Shown here: positions 1-5,874 of the stretch, piece after piece
How the letters are laid out: each line of letters opens with the position of its first letter
Position numbering within the stretch: position 1 is the first letter of the stretch
IMG/VR virus record: IMGVR_UViG_3300000359_000035
Span: 1-6,462 of that record
DNA: 6,462 bases
Source of the DNA: a virus
Direction: 5' to 3' (one strand)
The notes under the pieces: model-generated
Told to the model about the DNA's origin: nothing
Database searches by the model: none
What the model saw: only the letters and a program-made list of their open reading frames with translations
Position numbers and translations under genes: made by a program

Positions 1-54
1 TCTATCCATGTATCCTGCTCCGATACCCGAACTCGCTAATACAATTTGTTTGAA
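1..54. repeat. Terminal direct repeat, exact copy of 6409-6462 (assembly circularisation overlap); circular genome unit = 6408 nt
   Basis: Read directly: bases 1-54 (tctatccatgtatcctgctccgatacccgaactcgctaatacaatttgtttgaa) are identical to 6409-6462. Joining the ends restores a single intact Rep ORF. Confidence 0.95.
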
Positions 55-597
55 TGTAGGGTGTTTGATATCTACTTTGAGCATATATTTTGTTATGTAA
101 TTTACGCTTTTTGAGCTGCAATATCCCCCTATAAATACAAATCCATATTTCCAGTGTTTTTTTATTAGGGCCGCTGATTTTTGTCCGAAAAATATACCAT
201 GTAAATGAATTCTGTCGTTTTGCTCTCCCAGCTCTGTAACGCACCAGTGTCTTATACTTTTCCCTGTATCTTTCCTTGCCCGTTCTAAAAACAATCTTAA
301 CGCTTTTGAGGCTATTTCGTTTGGGTTCTCTTTCCATTTTAAGCCTGTGTCTTCTTCGAGTTTCTTTATGTGATTTTCGTCTATTGTCAATGTAGTAAAG
401 TATCCGAAACTCGAGCGTAACTCCTCTTCTAATCTTACTCTCCATTCTCTTTGTTTCTCTTTTCGACATTCAATACAGCACCCGCACTTTACAGGAATGT
501 AAAGGAGCCTCCTATCTTTACAAACAGGAGGTTTTCCTTTGTTCTTTTTGTTGGGTTTATATTTTGGATTTTTGACAAAAGTAGGATATAAACACAT
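1..597 (-). CDS. Replication initiator (rolling-circle HUH endonuclease, microvirus VP4 / gene A-like), N-terminal 196 aa; the gene continues across the circular junction into 6417..5875
   Basis: Manual translation of the minus strand in the frame with codons at 597-595 ... 12-10. It reads MCLYPTFVKNPKYKPNKKNKGKPPVCKDRRLLYIPVKCGCCIECRKEKQREW...FGYFTTLTIDE...NDRIHLHGIFFGQ...VNYITKYMLKVD...ASSGIGAGY, followed by MDRLDY of the 5875..6417 ORF. It contains a Cys cluster (C-x12-C-G-C-C-x2-C) and HUH motifs I (FTTLT), II (HLHGIFF) and III (YxxKYxxK). The frame differs from the track ORF 2..469. ATG at 597 lies 1 nt after the VP2 stop (601-599). Confidence 0.88.
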   Translation of the reverse strand, partial: MCLYPTFVKNPKYKPNKKNKGKPPVCKDRRLLYIPVKCGCCIECRKEKQREWRVRLEEELRSSFGYFTTLTIDENHIKKLEEDTGLKWKENPNEIASKALRLFLERARKDTGKSIRHWCVTELGEQNDRIHLHGIFFGQKSAALIKKHWKYGFVFIGGYCSSKSVNYITKYMLKVDIKHPTFKQIVLASSGIGAGYMDR

Positions 598-598
598 G

Positions 599-1732
599 CT
601 AATATGATTCTGTGTACGTTTCAGTTGTCGCGGTTTTGCCTCTTCTCTCAGATACAGTTCTTGTTCTAGATTTTTTCCTGCGGGCCTTGAGTAACATATT
701 TACGATATTTTCTCCGAATTCTAAGCCTAAACCAAGTCTTTCATTAAAGGTTTGTTCTTCCCATCTATCGAGCATACCTTCTACTTGCTTGCGATAGGTT
801 TCTTTATCCCAATCATGTTTATCGGCAAGGGCTTCTAATTCTTCGATAGACGCTTGAAGATGTTTTATTTGCTTCTCATTCACTTCTTTATCGCTCATAT
901 ATTTTGCTGCTAGCGCAATAGCTACTGCGTTATTATAGTTTGCGGAGTCAACTCTATCTTGATAAGTGTCTTTTAAGTATTGGTTCTGGATTCTTTCATT
1001 CTCTTTTCGCCAATATTCTGTATGAGCTTCTTCACTATATTTTGTAGCTGCGGCGAATGCTTCGCTTATTTGGGCCTTTGTTAGCCCTTCTTGCATTTCT
1101 CTGAGCGATTTTAGGGCCTCAGTAGCTTCTTTTTCTGCTTTCGATAATTGAGTCAAGGCCTCTTTATAATTACCTTCCTTCAAATTAAGTTCTATTTGAG
1201 AGGCTAGCCCTTCAATTCGTTTTAAAGTTTCTTGTGTATCTACACCTCCAATTTTCTTGGCTTCTTCATTTGCCTTACTTGCTTGTGCTTCCGCCAGCGC
1301 TATTTGGGCGTCGTTCATTCTCCTTTGCTGTTCAATTTGTTGTACTTGTAATGCCATACCTACTGGATTCCCTTGCGGTTGTTCTGGAGCTGATTGATGA
1401 GCTCCACCACTTGCACCCATACCTCCTGCTCCGCTTTGTCCATACATTAATCCGACATTTAGTCCGGCGTTTTTTAGATGTCTAACTTGATTTTCCGCAT
1501 TGGTATAATCCCAGAAGTCTTTTGCATATTGTTGAGATTGAGAGGCTGCTTCTTTTTGATATTTGTTTTGTAGTGCCATGATGTTTTTGTTATATTTCCA
1601 TTGTTCATTCATAGCTCTTTGTGGGGACCAGCTTAGTCCGAATGCTTGACTTAATGCATTTCCAGCGAATCCTATTCCTTGACTTGCTGCCGCGGATCCC
1701 AATCCACTTATAAATGATGTTCCAAATCCCAT
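599..1732 (-). CDS. Minor capsid / DNA pilot protein (microvirus VP2, phiX174 H-like)
   Basis: 377-aa ORF immediately upstream of Rep. N-terminal Gly/Ala/Ser-rich segment (GLNVGLMYGQSGAGGMGASGG) followed by a long heptad-like K/E/A/L/Q-rich helical region, as in coiled-coil DNA-translocating pilot proteins. Position between MCP and Rep is typical. No SD. Confidence 0.65.
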   Translation of the reverse strand: MGFGTSFISGLGSAAASQGIGFAGNALSQAFGLSWSPQRAMNEQWKYNKNIMALQNKYQKEAASQSQQYAKDFWDYTNAENQVRHLKNAGLNVGLMYGQSGAGGMGASGGAHQSAPEQPQGNPVGMALQVQQIEQQRRMNDAQIALAEAQASKANEEAKKIGGVDTQETLKRIEGLASQIELNLKEGNYKEALTQLSKAEKEATEALKSLREMQEGLTKAQISEAFAAATKYSEEAHTEYWRKENERIQNQYLKDTYQDRVDSANYNNAVAIALAAKYMSDKEVNEKQIKHLQASIEELEALADKHDWDKETYRKQVEGMLDRWEEQTFNERLGLGLEFGENIVNMLLKARRKKSRTRTVSERRGKTATTETYTESY

Positions 1733-1756
1733 GTTGTTCTATTTGTTTGATTTTTC

Positions 1757-1778
1757 GCCCTTGTAATCTTACAAGGGC
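1757..1778. promoter_or_regulatory. Perfect 22-nt palindrome (10-bp arms GCCCTTGTAA / TTACAAGGGC, 2-nt spacer) 24 nt upstream of the VP2 start codon
   Basis: Read directly from sequence; every arm position pairs. No U-tract follows on either strand. Possible operator-like dimer-binding site or mRNA 5' stem-loop. Confidence 0.4.
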
Positions 1779-1824
1779 TATACATATTACTAGATAATAT
1801 ATGCTACATGCGTACCATTTTGTG

Positions 1825-1861
1825 AAAAATGGAGGGAGTAGAGACTAAGTCTCTATCTCCC
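1825..1861 (-). terminator. Intrinsic terminator/attenuator-like hairpin + U-tract between ORF111 and VP2
   Basis: Minus-strand RNA reads GGGAGAUAGAGAC-UUA-GUCUCUACUCCC (12-bp stem, one bulge) followed by UCCAUUUUUCACA. It lies 19 nt after the ORF111 stop. The plus strand also shows a hairpin followed by TTTTA. Confidence 0.45.
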
Positions 1862-1880
1862 AGCCTTTTAGATGTGCGGT

Positions 1881-2216
1881 TTATCCCGCCGATTCCTGTT
1901 GCGAAGAATTATCTCCTATTTCTTTCGAATCGAGGGCATTTTGTTCTTGTTGTTCGATTTTCCCGTAGTTTTTCGATTTTGCGAGATTTGCCTGGTTGAC
2001 CGCGTCCATTGCTTGTTGTGCAATATCCCATCTGTCAGTTCTGATGTTATAAGCCGGTAATACTCCGTCATCTCTATTTGTGTAAATGATTGGTGCTCCA
2101 TCTGTAATTGGTTCATTGTTCTCGGTAACTCGTTTGACTTTTGTTTCAATGCTTTCTCCATCTTGAAATTCATAGTTTGTTTTTGGAGGTCTTGAATATA
2201 ATTTTGGTTTAATCAT
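1881..2216 (-). CDS. Hypothetical protein (111 aa) between major capsid and pilot genes
   Basis: ATG at 2216 lies 11 nt after the VP1 stop (2230-2228) and is followed 19 nt downstream by a terminator-like hairpin. No recognisable motif. A nested 85-aa alternative frame exists. Confidence 0.45.
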   Translation of the reverse strand: MIKPKLYSRPPKTNYEFQDGESIETKVKRVTENNEPITDGAPIIYTNRDDGVLPAYNIRTDRWDIAQQAMDAVNQANLAKSKNYGKIEQQEQNALDSKEIGDNSSQQESAG

Positions 2217-2227
2217 AATTGTAAGTT

Positions 2228-4306
2228 TTAAATGTTAGGAATTACTTTTGCTGACATTACTCGTCTTGGATTGACATTAAATGCTATTTGTATCCAAAAA
2301 TTTTGCGCGGTTATGTCTGTATCGGCGAAGATATTGTTGTAGAGGTGTGGAAATATGTAAGTAGTGTAGGTTTTTATATCTCCAAATATCCTATTTAAAC
2401 ACATCCAGCCCTCATTTTCGACAAGCGCAAAGTTCCCATATGTTTTATTAACATTTGTCATGTATTCAATCCATGCAGGTTGTTTACCGATTGATTTACC
2501 CGACATTGCGTAAGGTGTATTTGCGTTTACGCTTCGGTATAATCTGTCTTGAAAGCCTATACCATCAAGTTGTGGTTTATGCAGATCGTCTAGTGTCAAT
2601 AAATAATTATCCCACTCGTTGCCTTGGAAATAATCAACTCTTGGAGTGAGAGATGTGATACAAAATATGTATCCGGGTTCGTCTGCCTTGAACACAATAT
2701 TCCCTCCCTTGTGATTGGTTGCTATGCCTCTACCGGCTAATGTTCCTAATGGTTGTTCTTCGGTTCCGCTGTTGTTTACAACTTCTTGGAATTCAACTTC
2801 AAGTGAGCTACCACCGAGATATAGAGGTGTTTCGATATGATTTAATCCTCCACTTGTGTAAACGGTCTGAATCCATGCATTATACGATCCGTCGGATACG
2901 GCAATTCTGTTGAGCATAGTGTACACTTTTTTTGCGAGGTTAAGAGTGTCCAGAGTGAAACTACCTCCGCTCGTATCGATTGCTGTAATAGCGTTGATTC
3001 CTGAATCTCCGTCTATCCATTCGGTATTTACCCAGTTTGTATTGATATCGCTTTGATATGTTTTAAGTGCTAAACCAACCATTGGTTGCGAACAGCTTGG
3101 CGCTACACCATTTTTTGTCTGTACAGGTTTAAAAATATCGACTATGAACGGATCTTGTGATATATATTGGGTTCTTCCTGCTGCGAGTATATTTTCTCGC
3201 ATATCGTCGATCGTACTTAAATCATAGCTATTATATCTCGCTTCTACACTTGTAGCGAGAGAAGGTTTGTCTACATAATAATATGTTCTAAAAGTTGCTT
3301 CGGTTGGATAGAATTCAGCTTCAAGCCTATAATACTCTACTCCGGTTACGGCGTTGCTTACAGATTTTGTAATGTCTGTTAAAACGCCTGTTTCTAAGAG
3401 ATTGTTTATAGTTCCATATATTTTAATTGCTTGTTTACCCCCTACATTTCCGCCACTTCCAAGTAACCAACCTGTTTGCATGTTAATGCTTACTTCTATT
3501 TGTCCTGAATTCTGATCTTGGGTGAATGGTTTTATAGCCAATACCCAAGTTTGATAGTCTGTGTTTTTTTTAGGGTATTCACCTGTAGAATTTGCGAAAT
3601 TTTGTACACCCGTAGCGACAACAGTCCATGACTTTTTATTATCGCTGCTATTTGCAACAGTTAAGCTCATTTGTCCCTCTCCGAGGGTGCTTGCCACTTG
3701 TTTATATAAATAGTAGGTATTTCCAGATATTACGTAAAATTTAGATTCTTGTTTGTTTGCATAATAATTTTTAAAGATGTCGTAATACATCATTATTTTA
3801 ATGCAGTTGAAAGTCTTCATCTTTGAACCGTAACCTTCTAAGGTCGAGAGAGCCCTTACCCCTGTATATGCAACTAGTGAACTGGGATTGACTTCATTGA
3901 GTAGAGAGTCATTACTTCCGTCCATTTTGCTCTTATCGGTATATAGATTGTAAGGTATTGGGTACATAGGGAATTTTACTTGTTTCATATTTAGTCCTAT
4001 ATTTAATGCATTATTATGCAGCATAGCATTGTACAGTCTAATAGGACAAAAGAAGAAGTCGTTTTGTTGCTTAAAACTTCCAAACAGAGGCCCAATTGTT
4101 GGGTGTGTTAGTGTGTGACACCTAGTTTGGATAGGAAAGGTATCTCCTGGTAATATTAAATGATATAATGTAGGAATTAGAGATCCTACGGCCGCTGATG
4201 TTCGACAAACACTACTAAGGTCGTGCGTACTACGGTTATAATTATTTAACCGCGTCATCATTTTTTTGCCACCTCCAAGGGTGTTCTTTCCAATACTGAC
4301 TTTCAT
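2228..4306 (-). CDS. Major capsid protein (microvirus VP1 / F-protein family), 692 aa
   Basis: Longest ORF in the window. N-terminal segment ...STHDLSSV...SLIPTLYHLILPGDTF resembles the conserved HDLS...EVLPGDTF start of Microviridae VP1. Size fits gokushovirus/Alpavirinae-type MCP with large insertion loops. ATG (4306-4304) overlaps the stop of the upstream ORF as ATGA. An alternative start is at MMTRL (aa 16/17). Confidence 0.88.
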   Translation of the reverse strand: MKVSIGKNTLGGGKKMMTRLNNYNRSTHDLSSVCRTSAAVGSLIPTLYHLILPGDTFPIQTRCHTLTHPTIGPLFGSFKQQNDFFFCPIRLYNAMLHNNALNIGLNMKQVKFPMYPIPYNLYTDKSKMDGSNDSLLNEVNPSSLVAYTGVRALSTLEGYGSKMKTFNCIKIMMYYDIFKNYYANKQESKFYVISGNTYYLYKQVASTLGEGQMSLTVANSSDNKKSWTVVATGVQNFANSTGEYPKKNTDYQTWVLAIKPFTQDQNSGQIEVSINMQTGWLLGSGGNVGGKQAIKIYGTINNLLETGVLTDITKSVSNAVTGVEYYRLEAEFYPTEATFRTYYYVDKPSLATSVEARYNSYDLSTIDDMRENILAAGRTQYISQDPFIVDIFKPVQTKNGVAPSCSQPMVGLALKTYQSDINTNWVNTEWIDGDSGINAITAIDTSGGSFTLDTLNLAKKVYTMLNRIAVSDGSYNAWIQTVYTSGGLNHIETPLYLGGSSLEVEFQEVVNNSGTEEQPLGTLAGRGIATNHKGGNIVFKADEPGYIFCITSLTPRVDYFQGNEWDNYLLTLDDLHKPQLDGIGFQDRLYRSVNANTPYAMSGKSIGKQPAWIEYMTNVNKTYGNFALVENEGWMCLNRIFGDIKTYTTYIFPHLYNNIFADTDITAQNFWIQIAFNVNPRRVMSAKVIPNI

Positions 4307-4566
4307 TTTGTTTCGTTTTTAAGTTGTTGTTTATTGAGTTCATTAAGTCTTTGACACATAGCTCCAATTATTGCTAAATCCATGTTTGTCAATTTGAAGT
4401 GTTCATCCAGATATTTCATTGCTTCTTCTTGTGTGTCGAACACGTGTGGAGTTGCTACGTATTCTCCTACTGCAAAGACAAATTTATCTTCTTCACCTCT
4501 GCGAATTGCGCGTACTTGTACTACGTCTTGGCCTTCCGCCCATTGTACTGCTTCTTGTTGGTCCAT
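4303..4566 (-). CDS. Small acidic hypothetical protein (87 aa), translationally coupled to VP1
   Basis: ORF rich in D/E (MDQQEAVQWAEGQDVV...EEDKF...DTQEEAMKYLDEHF). Its TGA (4305-4303) overlaps the VP1 ATG (4306-4304). Start lies 2 nt after the stop of the upstream ORF. Confidence 0.55.
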   Translation of the reverse strand: MDQQEAVQWAEGQDVVQVRAIRRGEEDKFVFAVGEYVATPHVFDTQEEAMKYLDEHFKLTNMDLAIIGAMCQRLNELNKQQLKNETK

Positions 4567-4568
4567 AA

Positions 4569-4847
4569 TTAAATGTTTTTAGTTGCTTCAATTTTTGTTA
4601 GTATAATTCTACTTTTACGTAATTCGTTTTCCAGTCGTTCTGCTTCTTTAAATAAGCAGCAATTCATGACAATTCTAAATCCTTTTACGCAACACCCTGT
4701 ATCCCATTCGAAGCCCTCCCACATGAGAGCATAACTTCCTTCGCTGAATGATTCAAAAGGTATTTTAGCTGATTTGAGCCACTCCTTTTTACGGAATTTG
4801 CCGTATTTCGTGATGGATGGTATCATTGTGATGTGAATTTGAATCAT
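4569..4847 (-). CDS. Hypothetical protein with CC-x12-CC motif (92 aa; start may be the internal Met at 4826)
   Basis: ORF contains DTGCCVKGFRIVMNCC. Its 5' 38-59 nt overlap the upstream ORF 4789..5007 in another frame. Ends 2 nt before the ORF87 start. Confidence 0.4.
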   Translation of the reverse strand: MIQIHITMIPSITKYGKFRKKEWLKSAKIPFESFSEGSYALMWEGFEWDTGCCVKGFRIVMNCCLFKEAERLENELRKSRIILTKIEATKNI

Positions 4848-5007
4848 TTTGACCTTTGTTATTTACATTTACAGTATTCCCTGATACTTTCCAAGTGCTT
4901 CCGCAACCCTCGAATATATAGGATATTGCTAATAATATAGCTGCACCTATAACACCTGCTACTGTCTTCCAGTTCTCTTTCAAAAATTGTTTGATTTCTT
5001 CTTTCAT
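4789..5007 (-). CDS. Small single-pass membrane protein (72 aa); candidate lysis / membrane-targeting protein
   Basis: One 18-20 aa hydrophobic helix (WKTVAGVIGAAILLAISYIF) after an amphipathic K/E N-terminus, then a polar N/S/H-rich tail. ATG at 5007 is 1 nt after the stop of the upstream paralog ORF (5011-5009). Confidence 0.5.
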   Translation of the reverse strand: MKEEIKQFLKENWKTVAGVIGAAILLAISYIFEGCGSTWKVSGNTVNVNNKGQNDSNSHHNDTIHHEIRQIP

Positions 5008-5008
5008 A

Positions 5009-5320
5009 CTAATAAAGTTTGATTATGTCTATTTTTAATGTGTTGTCGTATTCTTCTAGTTTTCTCTTCACAAATATAGCGACTCTTTTGCAACATAGCT
5101 TAATATTTGCCTCTAATTTTGAATTATTATCGGTATCTTTAACGTCCAGGAGATATCGGTGTCCAGAGTCTTTCTCAATAACACTAGTTATGATATCTGC
5201 AAAACTTCGGTAAAAAAGCATGTCTGTACGACTTATTTCATCTTCGTTTTTACCAGGTCCTCTCACGATAAATTTGTTGTCAAAATGGCGTTTTGCTATT
5301 ATTACGTGTCTTCTTTTCAT
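5009..5320 (-). CDS. Hypothetical small protein, paralog B of a tandem pair (104 aa from ATG 5320; the track's 119-aa version starts at 5368)
   Basis: Shares ordered motifs with ORF 5322..5630: KNEDE, SGHRY, a conserved Cys, and KRK...I.KLY at the C-terminus, with similar spacing. ATG at 5320-5318 sits 1 nt after the stop of paralog A (5324-5322), so the shorter start is favoured. Confidence 0.5.
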   Translation of the reverse strand: MKRRHVIIAKRHFDNKFIVRGPGKNEDEISRTDMLFYRSFADIITSVIEKDSGHRYLLDVKDTDNNSKLEANIKLCCKRVAIFVKRKLEEYDNTLKIDIIKLY

Positions 5321-5321
5321 T

Positions 5322-5630
5322 TTAGTAAAGTTTTTTAATAGTGAGTATATAATTAGAATTTGCCGCATTGATTTTTCGCTTTAAAAGCAATGATTCTTTT
5401 TTTGAATGACAAATAATATATTTTGAATATAATTTTCCTTGTTCGTCGAATTTGCTGTATTTTAATTCATACCTATGTCCGCTTCTTTTTCTTTCTCCTT
5501 CATAAATGATTTCCCATTCTTCCGAGCATGGAAAGTTACTCCACCAGTTAATGGATTCATCTTCGTTTTTGAAATTCATTGTTAAGATGGTTTTTTTCTC
5601 AATGTGTTTTAGTAGCATAATTGTTCTCAT
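5322..5630 (-). CDS. Hypothetical small protein, paralog A of a tandem pair (102 aa); first gene after the intergenic promoter
   Basis: MRTIMLLKHIEKK...FKNEDESINWW...KRSGHRYELKY...CHSKK...KRKINAANSNYILTIKKLY. Homologous over its length to ORF 5009..5320. Preceded by a TTTG / TAnnTTTG Bacteroidetes-like promoter. Confidence 0.5.
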   Translation of the reverse strand: MRTIMLLKHIEKKTILTMNFKNEDESINWWSNFPCSEEWEIIYEGERKRSGHRYELKYSKFDEQGKLYSKYIICHSKKESLLLKRKINAANSNYILTIKKLY

Positions 5631-5657
5631 GACTTTGCTTGTTTTATTGTTACACTA

Positions 5658-5689
5658 CAAAGATACCACAGAAATCCCCTTTTTCCAAA
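5658..5689 (-). promoter_or_regulatory. Candidate Bacteroidetes sigma-A-type promoter (-33 TTTG, -7 TATCTTTG) driving the ORF102-to-VP1 operon
   Basis: Minus strand: TTTG at 5689-5686 and TATCTTTG at 5665-5658 (a TAnnTTTG match), separated by 20 nt, about 28 nt upstream of the ORF102 ATG (5630). Sits in the only sizeable intergenic region with upstream A/T-rich TTAAC repeats. No SD sequences precede any gene, consistent with Bacteroidetes. Confidence 0.4.
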
Positions 5690-5755
5690 AAAATATCCCA
5701 TTTTAACTTATGTTATTAACATATTTAACTATTGCCCGATTCCCGCAGGGAATAC

Positions 5756-5768
5756 AGCGAAACGAGCT
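5756..5768. repeat. Direct repeat copy 1: AGCGAAACGAGCT (iteron-like)
   Basis: 12/13 identical to AGCGAAGCGAGCT at 5819-5831. The CGAGC pentamer recurs at 5763, 5817 and 5826. Confidence 0.45.
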
Positions 5769-5818
5769 CCGCCGTTGAGCGTACAGAAAGCATGTAATGC
5801 TTTCCCTTATACACCCCG

Positions 5819-5831
5819 AGCGAAGCGAGCT
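5819..5831. repeat. Direct repeat copy 2: AGCGAAGCGAGCT (iteron-like; overlaps the GCGAAGC mini-hairpin)
   Basis: See copy 1. Spacing is 63 bp. Confidence 0.45.
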
Positions 5832-5874
5832 TCTGTTCTCGGCCGAAGGCCGCCAATTACTGTCTGGTATTATT

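Larger units (their letters stand above)
5739..5852. other. GC-rich intergenic cluster of GNA-triloop mini-hairpins immediately downstream of the Rep stop; candidate transcription terminators and/or ssDNA replication-origin / complementary-strand priming structures
   Basis: ATTCCC-GCA-GGGAAT (5739-5753), GAAAGCAT-GTA-ATGCTTTC (5786-5804), CCGAG...CTCGG (5816-5842) enclosing GCGAAGC (5820-5826), and CGGCC-GAA-GGCCG (5840-5852). The region is conspicuously GC-rich in an otherwise AT-rich genome. Confidence 0.5.

Noticed and set aside
1-54. Terminal repeats as prophage att sites or long terminal repeats
   Set aside because: The repeat is an exact 54-mer lying inside the Rep coding sequence. Joining the ends restores a single intact Rep ORF, so assembly circular overlap is the simplest explanation.
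2-469. 155-aa minus-strand ORF, extremely R/K-rich, ending inside the terminal repeat
   Set aside because: It lies in the +2 frame entirely inside the Rep gene, whose own frame is continuous and carries all HUH motifs. The purine/A-rich coding strand has few stop codons in any frame, so long alternative-frame ORFs arise by chance. An overprinted gene (as with phiX174 A*/B/K) cannot be fully excluded, but nothing supports it.
576-583. CAAAAGTA (TAnnTTTG on minus strand) Bacteroides -7-like motif
   Set aside because: It lies inside the Rep coding sequence downstream of its start codon, so it cannot serve as the rep promoter. It is likely a chance occurrence in AT-rich sequence.
1780-1830. Possible sigma70-like -35/-10 (TTCACA ... 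TATATT) upstream of VP2
   Set aside because: Spacer is about 19 nt and the -35 is weak. There is no Bacteroidetes-type TTTG/TAnnTTTG here. The region is better explained as terminator/leader structure.
1916-2173. 85-aa minus-strand ORF nested in ORF 1881..2216
   Set aside because: It is an alternative frame of the same locus. The 111-aa frame begins 11 nt after the VP1 stop and is longer. Only one of the two is likely real, and the nested one has no independent support.
5009-5368. 119-aa version of paralog B starting at ATG 5368
   Set aside because: It would overlap paralog A by 47 nt. The ATG at 5320 sits 1 nt after paralog A's stop, and the homology between the paralogs begins after that Met, so the shorter 104-aa form is preferred.
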